A DNA stretch of 64,000 nt from assembly GCA_964016885.1 (NCBI GenBank), contig OZ024743.1:366296001-366360000 (forward strand), read 5' to 3'. The notes beneath the pieces are model-generated. The model saw nothing but the letters and a program-made list of their open reading frames with translations. It was not told where the DNA came from and ran no database searches. Position numbers and translations under genes: made by a program. Every line of letters begins with the position of its first letter. Position 1 is the stretch's first letter. Positions 1 through 14,306 of the stretch are shown here, in pieces. The DNA comes from Eledone cirrhosa. Taxonomy: Eukaryota.

Positions 1-287
1 ACCATCTAGTATTACTTGGTTTACAATACGTGTGGTCAAGGTATCACCTACCGACCCAGGTGCTTTCAGCATTCCCGATGGACTGGCTGCTTTCCCAATC
101 TTTATATCCTTAATTGCCTTACTTACTACACTGCTGCTGACCTGTACAGCTGGGCCCTCTGTAGGATCCACTTGGGGTAGGGTCATTTTTTCCCATGAAT
201 TCTCCTCATTTAGTAATCTTTCAAAATGGCTCTTCCACACACCTTTCCTTTTGGCATCATCATCGTTTAACCTCTATCTTCCACGCT
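1..287 (-). mobile_element. Degenerate RTE LINE fragment (EN-RT linker and start of RT)
   Basis: The minus strand translates to [28 protein letters not shown]...KAIKDIKIGKAA, homologous to the same region of the RTE ORFs at 43584-45935 and 54530-57361. Confidence 0.85.
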
Positions 288-465
288 AGCATTATTCATT
301 TATTTATTTATTTATTTATATATCATATATATATATATATATTTATTGATTTATTTATATATATATCATATATATTTATTTATTTATTTATATATATATC
401 ATATATTTATTTATTTATATATATATGTATTATTTATTTATATATATATCATATATATATATAAT
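288..465. repeat. (TA)n/(TTTA)n compound microsatellite
   Basis: Directly visible simple repeat abutting the RTE fragment. Confidence 0.95.
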
Positions 466-1871
466 GTTTGTTTATAATTCTTATTTTTGATATTTATGTT
501 GTGTAACATAAGAAAAGGCGTCTTGCAGAAAAAATAAGTAACCATTGAATTTTCTAAACCTTTTTTGCATTTCTGTCTCTACAAGTATGGTATATTTAAG
601 TTTGTGTGTGAGTATAGTATTACTGGTATTTATTTTCAGTAAGATATCTCTAGGAAATGTAATATGGTGTTTTGCCTGAGGGATGCAACATCATAACTGT
701 GATACCATTTTCAAACAGTAACCTATATAGCACAAATTTATCTTTAGTTGTTTGCAATATTTTATTCCCATTTCTGTACTTGGTGAAGAGCTCAAGTTAG
801 AAATTTAACTAAACATATGTTACAAAGAAAACCTCCTTCCTCCAATATTTTCATCATCATCTTTTTTGCATCCGTTTCTCTATGCTTGCATGGGTTAGAC
901 AGAGGACTGATGTCGTACAATAGCACACATCATTGGGCACTCCCTGGAACCATTTGTTGTCTTTAATCTCAATGCTAAAATTCAATGCATAAACTGAATG
1001 GGTTTTTGTTTATAGTAAACATCATAATCATAATTTTTATGTCTGCATTTTTCATGCTGGTTTGTGTTAGATGGGACATTTGGGGCAGTCTTTTACAGCT
1101 AGATGCCCTTCCTAATCCCAAATACTTTAGTTACCTCTTAGAACATGAAGGTATAAACTGTGGATAAAAAACAAATAAACAATGTGAAAAATATCCCTTT
1201 TATCCTTCATGCATTGCTGTTAGCAATCAATAGTAAACATATTACAATTTATGTTCTGTATATGGTGTTTATGGAAGCCCTGTTCAGTCATGACTGACCA
1301 ACTTCCTCTACCAGGTGCAAGCCTGAGGCCTAGGCAAGTTATTTTTGTGAGATACTAGCAGTCACCCATGCATGCAAGCCTCCTTCTCTCCATGCTATTA
1401 ATGTTGTCAAGAGAAAATAAAAGGCTGGTACTATTTGGCACAGCTCATTTTTTCCAGTTGAGTGTACTAGAGCAATGTGAAATAAAGATTTATTATATCT
1501 ATGTATGAATATTTTTTTTGTAATACGACCTATCTATGTATTACTCCCTACATTATTTTAAAAGAAGAATCATCACCATCATATTATATGCATTTTCCAT
1601 ATTGGCCTGGGTTGGGAAAGTTGTCGTGTTGAGACTAGACAAGGCAGATGACCATGTCTTATATGTCACGTTTTCTACAATTGAATGTTCTTACTAATGC
1701 CAACCATTTTATAGCATGTACTGAGTTCATTTTATCATGGATTAGCAGTACTTTACAGAGTGAACTGTGTGCATTTTATCATGACACCAGCACTATGACT
1801 TTATAGAGTAGGCCTGGTATATTGTATTTAGCTACTTATTTTTATTCCTTATAATATCTATTTTTGTTTCT

Positions 1872-2075
1872 AAAGACAATAATTGTTTCTACTTTTGACA
1901 CAAGGCCAGCAATTACTGGTGTATTACTGGTACTTTATTTTATCGACCCCATAAGGATGAAAGGCAAAGTTAACCTCGGCAGGATTTGAACTCAGACCGT
2001 AAAGGGCCGTAACTCTATGCGTCAAAGCATGGCGTCCGACCCTCTACCAATACTGCCAATCCAAAAGACAATAAT
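1872..2075 (-). mobile_element. tRNA-derived SINE family 1 (Meta-domain-like centre), full copy with 12-bp TSD
   Basis: Reverse complement of the copy at 34055-34250, with B-box GTTCAAATC and centre CTTTGCCTTTCATCCTTA(C/T)GGGGTCGATAAAATAAAGTACCAG. Flanked by the direct repeat AAAGACAATAAT (1872-1883 and 2064-2075). Confidence 0.85.
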
Positions 2076-2096
2076 GTCAAATCCTATTCTCAAGTT

Positions 2097-2337
2097 CAGT
2101 GGTTCCCAAACTTAACTAGTCATGTAATCCTTATATAACTTTCCAAAACTCACAGAACTCATACCAACAGTTTACAGACAGTCCCCACTACACGAATTTT
2201 AATGATATATTAAATTGTTTTAGAGAAAGAATTTATTCATTCAAAACATATAATGAATTAATATTAAACTTTATTAAAAGTTATTTTATCTTATGAATCT
2301 CTAGAGTTTAAAAAAATTCAATTTGGGAAACTCACTG
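2097..2337. mobile_element. hAT/Charlie-like MITE (degenerate)
   Basis: Termini CAGTGGTTCCCAAACTT and AATTTGGGAAACTCACTG form an imperfect TIR of Charlie type. No clean 8-bp TSD. Confidence 0.5.
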
Positions 2338-4066
2338 CTAGATGTTTCCTTTGGAAAAATTTTAATTTATATCTGGTTACATATCTATAATGCTAACTGA
2401 TGACCAAATCTAGGTAAATAATACTACAAGTGCACGTATAGTGTTCATACATTTGACTAAATCCCCTGAAGGTAACAATCCAAGGATTGGAATAAAAAAA
2501 AGAATAAAATAATTGTTTATACTTTTGGCACAAGGCCAGCAATTAACCAGTGTATTACTGGTACTTTATTTTATCGACCCCGTAAGAATATTAAATGCAA
2601 AAGCCATTTCTTATATGTTGAAAAAAGCTCATTATCAACAAGTCAGCATTTACAGGCATGAAAATAAAAAAAATAATAAAATAATATTTAAGAATCGGCA
2701 TAAATTCTTAAATGTTTTAATGGTATAGGCAGATGAGGCTAAGGAATAGGTGTATGATATTGATTGTGGTGTGTGTGTGTGTGGGGGGGGGGGGGGGGTG
2801 ATAAAATGATAAATGAAATTCAAAGCTCACACTGATACATGTTTAGGTAGCATCATAGGAGGTTTCTCAAGTGGTGGTAGGAGGCCTCAGTCCTGTTGTA
2901 GAAAGCAAAATGAAATGAAGTCTCTTTCTCAAGAAAACATTTCACCACATAAGACCAGCAATCAAACTCACTACTACCTTATGATTGTGAGTCTAGCACC
3001 CTAACCACTAGGCCACTTACACCTTCATGATGATGGTGATAATAGTGTGGATGATGATTGTGATGCTGCTGCTGCTGGTACTGCAGAGATTGTGAGTGAG
3101 TAATCATTGATGGTAGGCTAGTGTGAATGGATTGAAACTATGTAAAAATGTCTTTGTGTGTACAATATCTTAATTTAACCTTCTCACGTTCCAATTTGAT
3201 CTAAGTCAATTATATTGGCGAGCAAGCAGAGATAATCTTATTCTGTATCATCAGACGATGAGAAGATAGCTCGGGAGATGAAAAACAGCGCATATTTTAT
3301 GAGATTTGTCATTAGCTATTTGACAGTGGGATTAATTTGCCTCATTCTTGCTTCTAACCTTTTCCATTATCTCTTGAATACAAAAGCAAAGATGATGCAT
3401 TAGTGATGTGGCCTGCAGTTGTAGTTGAGTCATCACTGTTAAAACTATAGTGTCCACCACATAAAGCAAAAACTGAAGGCAAATGTTGCGTGTTATATAC
3501 ATCATCTATATCATAGGAATGTGTATATACTGCCTTCAGTGTATGTGTGTATGTGTATATATATATATATGTGTGTATGTGTATACGTGTGTGTGTGTTT
3601 GATGTACTGTCATTTGTGTACTTCAATGACATGTTAAGCATTTTCAAGTGCCTTTTAGCTACAGAATGGGTTAATAAATTGGTTGCATAAATCCAGCGCT
3701 ATCGTTCAATACTGTATGTACATGGACAATTTTCTAATGTAATAAGAAAACAACAAAAACTAAAACAATATTTGCATGCGCAGATGTTTTAGAATCACTC
3801 ACATGCACACATGCACTTTCATATAATACAACTAAGCATAGATGTGTGTGTGTGTGTGTGTGTGTGTACATATGTATACACTGCTGGCATGAAAAAGTGG
3901 ATATATGCCACATGCACAGCTACACATGCACACACACTCATTCATACAAGCACAGACATATATGGGGTATTCCAAATATTGAACAGCTGGCTTTAGTGAC
4001 TGGTGATAAGCTCCCAGAAAATTTGATTCAGACAAAAAGGTTTTTATATATATATATATGCAGACA

Positions 4067-4110
<44 letters not shown>

Positions 4111-4419
4111 TCTATGCACAGACAAACACATATATATATATATATATATATAGATATATACATACACAGACAAACATATATATATATATATACTTTGTTT
4201 TTGTATTTGTTTTGCAAAATGATTGATGTGAAAACATGTGTTGAAACAGATATTGTTATAATTTGGGAGTGTCATGCTGTCAATAAAAACACATGTACCA
4301 GTTGAATTTCACTTCAATTTATTATTATAATTTTCTGTTGGTTAGTCTAATAACCAGATGGTTGTTTAGTTGTTTGGTTGTCATCATTCTGTGATCTCCC
4401 AATGTATTATATATATATT

Positions 4420-4460
<41 letters not shown>

Positions 4461-4486
4461 TCATAATTTAACACCTGTCTTCCCTG

Positions 4487-5029
4487 CTGAAGGATGACAA
4501 CTGTATAAAAAGGTGCATAGCACTCAAAGCTGATGGAAGCCTTGAAGTGAGATCCAGGAAAACTTGGGATGAGGTGATAAAAGCTGACCTTGCTCAATTG
4601 CACCTCTCAAAGGTGATGACACAGGACCAAGATCTCTGGTGTTATGCAGTAATACAGAAGATCCGCCTTCCCATATGTACAGGATGAAGCTTAAGCATAT
4701 ATATAGTATCTCCCACGAGGACATGCTAACGCATACATCTAGTCTAACCTCCAGCCCACACTGTAAAATGGTTGTAATGGCGATATGACAAAAAGCATCC
4801 AGCCCACACCATAAAGTGGTTGTGTAGGTGTCACAATAAAAAGCAATCAATATTCACTGTAAATATGGTTGGTGTTAAGAAGGGCATCCAGCCGTAGAAA
4901 CCAAGCCAAAATCAGTTTTGTAGGATCAAGACATGGTCACCTGACATGGCCTTTCTCACAACAGGACAACTCGTCTAACTTATGCTAGTTTGGAAAAACG
5001 AACATTAAACAGTGATGATGATGATGATG
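4487..5029 (+). mobile_element. Diverged 3' end of an RTE LINE (same family as 39113-40013)
   Basis: Remnant coding (DDNCIKRCIALKADG...RKTWDEVIKADL), matching 3' UTR and (GAT)n tail. Confidence 0.8.
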
Positions 5030-5310
5030 TATGATAATGCATATGGTACTATCTCACTCTGTCTCTCTCCCTCTCTATATATAAATGCATTTTGTATGCT
5101 CTGTAAAGTAGTTGGTATTAGAAAGGACATGCAACCATAAAGAACTTACCAAACACGGAATGTATGAGCAAGATGAGGTCTTACCTATGCCAGCATGGAA
5201 GGTGAATGTAACATGATAATGATGATGATGCCAACTTGCAAAATGGATATGCTTTGTTGAGATTTAATAGGCTTGAAACATTTAAGTTGGCCTTTAGATA
5301 AGGCTTGCTC

Positions 5311-5515
5311 TTAACCCTTTAGCATTTAAACCAGCCATATCCAGCCAAAATTCTCTCACTTCTTTCTGTTCAAACCGGCTGTAACTGGCCACTCATACTG
5401 ATGTTAAGGTATTGTCCTCAAAATAGATATCAAAATCTCATAGATTCGATATGTGAGATAATTACCATGAAAATATAATAGTAAATATTGGGTAATATAA
5501 ATGCTAAAATGTTAA
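5311..5515. mobile_element. piggyBac-type MITE
   Basis: TTAA-CCCTTTAGCATTTA ... TAAATGCTAAAATG-TTAA: a TTAA TSD with a CCC-starting imperfect TIR. Confidence 0.65.
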
Positions 5516-5653
5516 ATCAGCCAAATCTTTGGGAGGTATCTTATTTGCTTGCTTTGATGACATAGCACACTTAAAGGAAGTTTTGATTATGAAATTACAA
5601 GGATAGTTTTGATTGGTTAGAGTTTTTTCTCCACTAACCATATTCAGAGAGTG

Positions 5654-5697
<44 letters not shown>

Positions 5698-5944
5698 GTG
5701 AAAAATGGAACGGAAACAAAACACAGAGGCAGTACGAGAGATATATATATATATTTACATATATATATATATAATATGATATAAAATGTAATGTAAGAAC
5801 AGAATGTGTAAAAGCCATGCTGTCTAAATAATTAAGTAATTCATGCTTATGTCTCTGTAGGAAGTTATGACTTGTGTAATTTGTATTTAGGCTTCTTTTA
5901 TTGTTCCAGATTTTCTAGTACCTTTAAGTTTATTTCTCTAGCTC

Positions 5945-6148
5945 CTTTTCTTTGTCTTTTTTGTTGTTGTTTTTCTTCTTTTCTTCTTTTCTTCTTTTCT
6001 TCTTTTCTTCTTTTCTTCTTCTTTTCTTCTTTTCTTCTTCTTTTCTTCTTTTCTTCTTTTCTTCTTCTTTTCTTCTTTTCTTCTTCTTTTCTTCTTCTTT
6101 TCTTCTTCTTTTCTTCTTCTTCTTTTCTTCTTCTTCTTCTTCTTCTTC
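5945..6148. repeat. (CTT)n/(CTTTT)n pyrimidine microsatellite
   Basis: Directly visible; explains the poly-F/S/L and poly-K/R/E ORFs. Confidence 0.95.
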
Positions 6149-7699
6149 ACCACATTAGTTGAATACAATACATTAAGGGATCAGGTCATAAGTTCAAACT
6201 CTGACTCATGCCATTGTGTATGTTGGGTCCTTTTAGTCAAGGCTGAATTGCTTCTGTTCTCTAATACCTCTCCACCTCCATAGTTGAGCAGTTAGGAGTG
6301 GGGTTTCTTCTTCAGAGGCGAATTTCAATGATAAAAAAGTAAATAAATATTCATCCAATTCTTATTCATATTCTTTTCCTGTTATATATATGTATTTCTT
6401 TTTTTACTGTTTTATTCTGTTAATGGATTCAATCATTAAACTCAGACCATGCTGGCCTTGAAGGGGTTTTCTAGTGGATCATATCTATTATTTTATCAAC
6501 CTCTTTTATTTTTGTTGGATGCTAAATTACAGGACATAAACAGACAGAAGCACACACACACACAGAATGAGCATCTGCAGTTTCTGCCTACCAAATTCCT
6601 CTAACAAAGCATTAATGAAGCCAAAAGGCTATAGTAGAATATACTTGCCCAAAGTGAATTCCTTATGTGTGTACCTATTTTAAGTTTTTGAATGCATGCA
6701 GCTCCTCCAAAGGTGATTAGAAGAGTTATTAGAGTCCATTTGTGTTGGACACTCTGAGTTCAAATCCTGTTGTGGTCATCTTTGCTTTTCATCCTTCTAG
6801 TTTTGCTAAAATGAAAAATCAGTCCAGAGTAGTGGATTGGCAGAATTGTTAGAGTTCTATTCTGTCCACCAGGGCCACGGGGCAGCCAGCACATAGGCCT
6901 CTGTTTGCTCACAATAGTGAGAGATGGGTAGAGTGGGAGAGATGGAGGCAGTGACAGTGGGAGTTTGGTTCCATTGTGTTCGGACTTGGTGTATATGTAT
7001 ATATCACACCACATTTTATTCACAGTTGTATAAATATGTATGTACCCTAGTGACCCGAGGTCATTGAGCAAGTACATTTGCTTCATGGGTGCCCAGGCCA
7101 GCGTAATTTATATATCCTACTCTTATAGCTTCCATTTTGGTAGGCAAATGGAAGGATAAAATGGGTTACTTACAGTAAAAATAAAATTTTCTTTTCCATG
7201 CTAATAAGGATTGAATGGGACTTTCTGAAGCAGTTGGGTGCCCTTCCTGATGTCAACACTTTTAGTCATCTGATATGACATGCAAAGATATGATGTACAT
7301 CCACTTTGCATACTGGCATGGGTTGAATATGTAGTCATCATGCAAGACCAGTCTGGTTGGATTGATCTCATTTTGCTTATACAGTTTATATTTTGCATGG
7401 TTTTATGGCTTGATACCTTTCTTAATGTCGACTGCTTTCCAAAGTGTACTGGGTGTATTGTTTTGTTGCACCAGTACTACTACTTTATAGAGTAGACTGG
7501 GTGTATTTTATCATGTCATTAGCACTAGAGTAGTTGTATCATGCTTGTCTAAGAACCTTTAAGTTATATTCCAAACACTGAGTAAGTTCCAAACATTGAG
7601 GAAGTTAACTATATTACTAAATCTCTTCAAATTTTTGATTATTCTAAAAATCGTATCTACTTCTGTCTAGCAAATTTATTGAAATTCAATTATTATATT

Positions 7700-8255
7700 A
7701 TATATATAAAAACAAAATTAAGTAATGGAAGAAATAGGGGAAGTGGAAAGAAGGGCAGATCTGTATGGGAAAGTAAAGGAAAGGACTATAAAAACCGTAA
7801 AGAAGAAAAGGAAGGAAAGAGCAAAGGCTATTAGGCAATGGAATAAATAGAGGGGGAAAGGGAAGAGGGTGGCGGACTTTATGCCTAGGTCGGGGAGATG
7901 TTTTGGTTGTGCCTCGCAGACAAAACTGCTAAGGCATTTCTGCACACAATGTCCAGTGACGCCTGCTGCAACAGCCACCCCACCTCATGGGCCTCCTTCC
8001 TTAGACAGGCTGTTGTTCCGATTTTGCAGAGGAACTTGGCTGTATGGGGTCCAAAGATGCCTAAGGTGTCGATGGCGACCAGTGCAAAGAGGAAGCGGCC
8101 AGACAAGCCTCAGTATTTGCTTGTCTTCCTGTCAACTGCATTGTGGGCTGCAGTTCTGGGGTTTATGGCTGAAGTAACTAAGTTGGAGGTGAAGAACATG
8201 GATCCCCAAACACTGTAGCTTCTGATCTCTCACCATCTTTACTTTCTCACAATGC
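7700..8255 (-). mobile_element. 3' remnant of a restriction-like-endonuclease non-LTR retrotransposon (CRE-like)
   Basis: Minus strand reads AAHNAVDRKTSKY*...FALVAIDTLGIFGPHTAKFLCKIG...LLQQASLDIVCRNALAVL. This matches the KxxKY...AxETLGxxG...QRxSxAxQRGNAxxV pattern at the C-terminus of CRE-type elements. It contains stops. Confidence 0.65.
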
Positions 8256-8469
8256 TTGTGCTACTATAAAATCTGAGATACATATAGATATAACAGTAAT
8301 AAACAAACAAAAAAAAAAAGCATCCATTGCCAATAAGATAAGTAACAGATAAAAGTACTGGTATCAATTGACTACATCCTTGAAGGCAGTGTCCCAACAT
8401 CACCAAAATTCAGTGAGTAAATACACTAAACAAAGCAAATTAAAAGTAAATATATTTTAGTTGCAATAT

Positions 8470-9390
8470 AAGCAATTGATTGGCAGAATTGTTTCAGTGT
8501 TGTACTAAATGGATTGCAGTATTTACTTAAGCCTCATTACATTCTGAATTCAAATACTATACCAAAGTCATCTATGTCTTCTATCATACCTGAGTTGTAA
8601 GTACCAGTCATTATAATTGATTGTTCCCCTCCCCTACAACTTTCTGGCCTTGTGCCTATGTTAGAAACAATTATTTGGTACCAATAATCTAATAAATAAG
8701 CTCAAATTATTATTTTTTAAATCTCAGGTCAGCTCTTCTGAGAATAAAGAAAATATAATGAAATATAAAATATACATAAATATAATAATGAATATTCCTA
8801 AATATTGCCTGAATATTGTCTGAGATGAGAAATTATCAGGTGAATTGACAGTATAGGTAAAGGGTCGGATGCCATGCTTTGCATTCATAGTTACATCCCT
8901 TTACGGTCTGAGTTCAAATCCTGCCGAGGTTAACTTTTCCTTTCATCCTTACGGGGTTGATAAAATAAAGATAGAGATAATTGCTGGCCTTGTGCCGAAA
9001 ATAGAAACAATTATTATACATTGAGTTACCGGGAGTGGATCAACAGAATTTGTTCTGGCTTTCTACATTCTAAGTCCCAAACCCACAGAAGTCCACTTTA
9101 CAGTTCATCCTTTTGAAGTCACTAAATAAAGTTCCATTTTATTACTGGAGTTAATATAATCGACTTACTCCTCCCTCTAAATTGGTGGCATTGTACCTAA
9201 ATTATAAGTTATTATTATACATTGATTCATTGGATGTGGATTGGAAGAAATCTTGGTATTAGTCAAAATACTCTGCAGTATTTTGTTCCAGCTCTCTACA
9301 ATGTAAATTCAGAAACCACGAAAGGCAACTTTGATAAAATAAAGTAATAGTCAAGTACTGGGGTAGATTTAATTGACTTCTCTCGACACA
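8470..9390 (+). mobile_element. Head-to-tail cluster of about four SINE family 1 copies of varying age
   Basis: Repeated GATTGGCAGAA / TTCTGAGTTCAAAT / TTTCATCC / AGAAACAATTATT modules. The best copy is at ~8850-9015. Confidence 0.7.
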
Positions 9391-9873
9391 CTCCCAAAGA
9401 TGTTAGTCTATAATAATGAATTTCTAAGCTATAAAAAACTTTTAATCCATACCACCAATCAAAAATGTTGATAAATAGATCTAAAAACCCGGTCATATCT
9501 TCATTTCAGTATAGTGTTTACGTGTCTTAGTACAGGTATGTTGTAGCAAAGTCTAGTATACTGACTGATAAAAATGACATCACCAGGCGTGTAACCTTCA
9601 CCTGGTGATGTCATTGTTTAAAAAACTTAACAAACAAAACCTTCTGCTATTTTGCTTTAGGGATTATATTTGTTGCTGTTGTTGTCTATATATATATTGA
9701 ATGTATTCACTCTTAATTATTTTGATGTTTATTATAGTCCTACTCAGAATTATTGCCCTTCTAGATATGTCGGTGGGATCCACCATGTCTTGCAAGTATA
9801 TTCCATATTTATATTTATATGCATACATGTACATTGATATGTGTATATGTACATTAGTATATAAAGGGCTTGT

Positions 9874-11535
<1,662 letters not shown>

Positions 11536-11794
11536 ATGAGATCGTGTAGGTGTCACGACAAAAAACACACAGTCCACGCTGTAATGTGGCCGTGTAGGCA
11601 ACACGGTAAAAACCTCCCAGACCCACACTGTAAATGTGGTTGGTGTTAGGAAGGGCATCCAACTGTAGAAAACCTGCCAGACAGTCCTATGCGAGCAAGA
11701 CAATCACTCTTGCCTCAAGTGGGACTACCCCCGTCCAAACCCATGCAAGCGTGGAACACGGACGTTAAACGTTGATGATGATGATGATGATGAT
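11536..11794 (+). mobile_element. Isolated 3' UTR of RTE family A (severely 5'-truncated copy)
   Basis: Near-identical to 16868-17121, ending in (GAT)n, with (TA)n on both sides. Confidence 0.92.
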
Positions 11795-12773
11795 ATATAT
11801 ATATATATATATACACATATATATATATACATACATATATACATAAATATTCAATAAGATTAACATTATGGTGCAGGTTCGCTCCACTTGTGTTCCTTCA
11901 ATATCACCTTCGGGTTTGATTCCTTGCTGGCATCTTGGTTCACTTTTTTTCCATCTCCAAGGATTATTTTACATGATTATCTTAATTTTATTTATAGTAT
12001 TGATTATTATTGTGGTTATTTACATTGGGACGTAAACATTTTAAATTTCACAATTTAAATGTTTTTGTTAAATTTTATTCAGAAGATATTTTACAAATGG
12101 TCCTGTATGGCTGCATGAAAGAATGTTCAATACTAAAAAGATAAAGCAACAATAAATAGACATTACATCATTTTATTTTTTTTTAGTATTTTTTTTTTAT
12201 TTTGGGGTGGCAAGCATATGAATTTGTAAACCTCTCACAGTAACCTATCAGCATTGAAAAATCTGGTGTGTAAATAAAAATGAAAATGCAAACAAAATTT
12301 TAACTGATAATTATATTGTTTGACTAGGTTTTTGTAATGAATCATATATTCAAATCTGGGATGATTTGTTAGTTTCAACTATATCAAGAATTGGACTGCA
12401 CACATAAATAGGTTCATGTATGCAATTATGTGATCATGTTTGGGGATATGCAGTAGAAGATACATATCTCAAAGTATATACATATAGTCTTACAATCATA
12501 GACACATTCACATACAGACTCACATGCTTGTTTACATACATACAAACACACATACACACATCATTATAGCAAACACATATATGCTGTGATCTGAAAGGAC
12601 TAACATCAAAGATATATAGTTCTACAATACAAAAGGACACACACATGTATACACACTCAGAAGTTAACATCATGAAAGCTGTACACTTACAATGTCCAGT
12701 GTTAGGTTGTACTAAGTGCAGACATCAAAGACCGAGACTTGCACAATAAACACACCTACAAATACACACACAT

Positions 12774-12815
<42 letters not shown>

Positions 12816-12933
12816 TACTATAACATATACACACACTCATACAAATACACACACATTACTATATATATATATATATATGTATATATATGCACTACTATAA
12901 CACATACACACACTCCTACAAATACACACACAT

Positions 12934-12999
<66 letters not shown>

Positions 13000-13048
13000 C
13001 TATAACACATACACACACTACCACATACACACACCACACCACAATAAT

Positions 13049-13312
13049 ACCTATTACCAGATACACACACACACATACCTATTACTAGGCACACACATAC
13101 ACCTATTACTAGGCACACACATACACCTATTACTAGGCACACACATACACCTATTACTAGATACACACACATACCTATTACTAGGCACACACATACACCT
13201 ATTACTAGGCACACACATACACCTATTACTAGATACACACACACACCTATTACTAGATACACACACACACACATACCTATTACTAGATACATACCTTTTA
13301 CTAGACATATGC
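13049..13312. repeat. ~24-bp minisatellite (CCTATTACTAGGCACACACATACA)n
   Basis: About ten copies with variable (CA)n; explains the LLLGTHIH repeat ORF. Confidence 0.9.
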
Positions 13313-13736
13313 ACATTACTACTACCACTACTACTACTACTACAGAATTGCACACTTACTTACACATCCACACATCTTGTACAATTCTACTAAGATGATG
13401 CCAAAGATGGAAGCTTCCACAATAAACAAACAGTTCTCCCTCAAAGACATTCCATTTCTGTTTGTTCTGCATCCAGATTGCATTGATCATGACACCATAT
13501 AGATGATGTGTAGGTTTGACATCCAGGCTAATGGACTCTATACAAATATATCATTAATCATGTACACACATGCTTACACAAACACATGTTTCCATACACA
13601 ATTATACATACATGTACACACCCATGCATACACACATTTATATAGACGTGCATAGATACACACACATACTTATATATTTCTAAGAAACACAGATATGTAA
13701 ATAGTTTAACACACAATCACACACATATACATTTAT

Positions 13737-13804
<68 letters not shown>

Positions 13805-14054
13805 CAGTACTTACAATCTGGACACACTCACACACACTTTGGTGTTATGACAATACTATACATCATTTCACCTCTTTTATTATTGAACATTCACGTGAAT
13901 TCTACCGACCAATCAAAATTATAGTGCTTATTCACGTGACATTCAACAACCAACCAAATCACGAACGCTCTATCTCAAAATTATTTTTGAAAAGCATTTG
14001 AAATGCGCAACCGGTAAAAAAATTAAAACTAACACTGAATACTAACCATTTATC

Positions 14055-14205
14055 AGTAGAGGGTCAGACGCCATGCTTTCCAGCATAGTTACGTCCCTTT
14101 ACGATCTGAGTTCAAATTCCGCCGAGGTTGACTTTGCCTTTCATCCTTACGGGGTCGATAAAATAAAGTACCAGTAATGCCTTGTGCCAAAAGTAGAAAC
14201 AATTA
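14055..14205 (+). mobile_element. SINE family 1 copy
   Basis: Same B-box and centre as 34055-34250. Other partial copies lie at ~2510, ~20325, ~21203, ~23563, ~33935 and ~36342. Confidence 0.85.
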
Positions 14206-14306
14206 ATTATTACTAATTTATACTTATTCCTAATTAAACTATTTTTCACTGGAAAAAATCTTTCAGCATTTTCTTTTCTTTTTTACTTATATATATATAT
14301 ATATAT

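Noticed and set aside
2398-2430. CTGATGA followed by a short CC/GG stem (also TCATCAG at ~3248)
   Set aside because: No GAAA half-core or closing stem I.
9565-9625. 15-bp perfect hairpin AATGACATCACCAGG/CCTGGTGATGTCATT preceded by CTGATAA
   Set aside because: The hairpin is real, but G8 and the GAAA half-core are absent and there is no stem I. Not called as a ribozyme or terminator.
13049-13312. CRISPR-like regular repeats
   Set aside because: The intervening sequence is (CA)n rather than unique spacers, the context is eukaryotic and there are no cas genes; it is a minisatellite.
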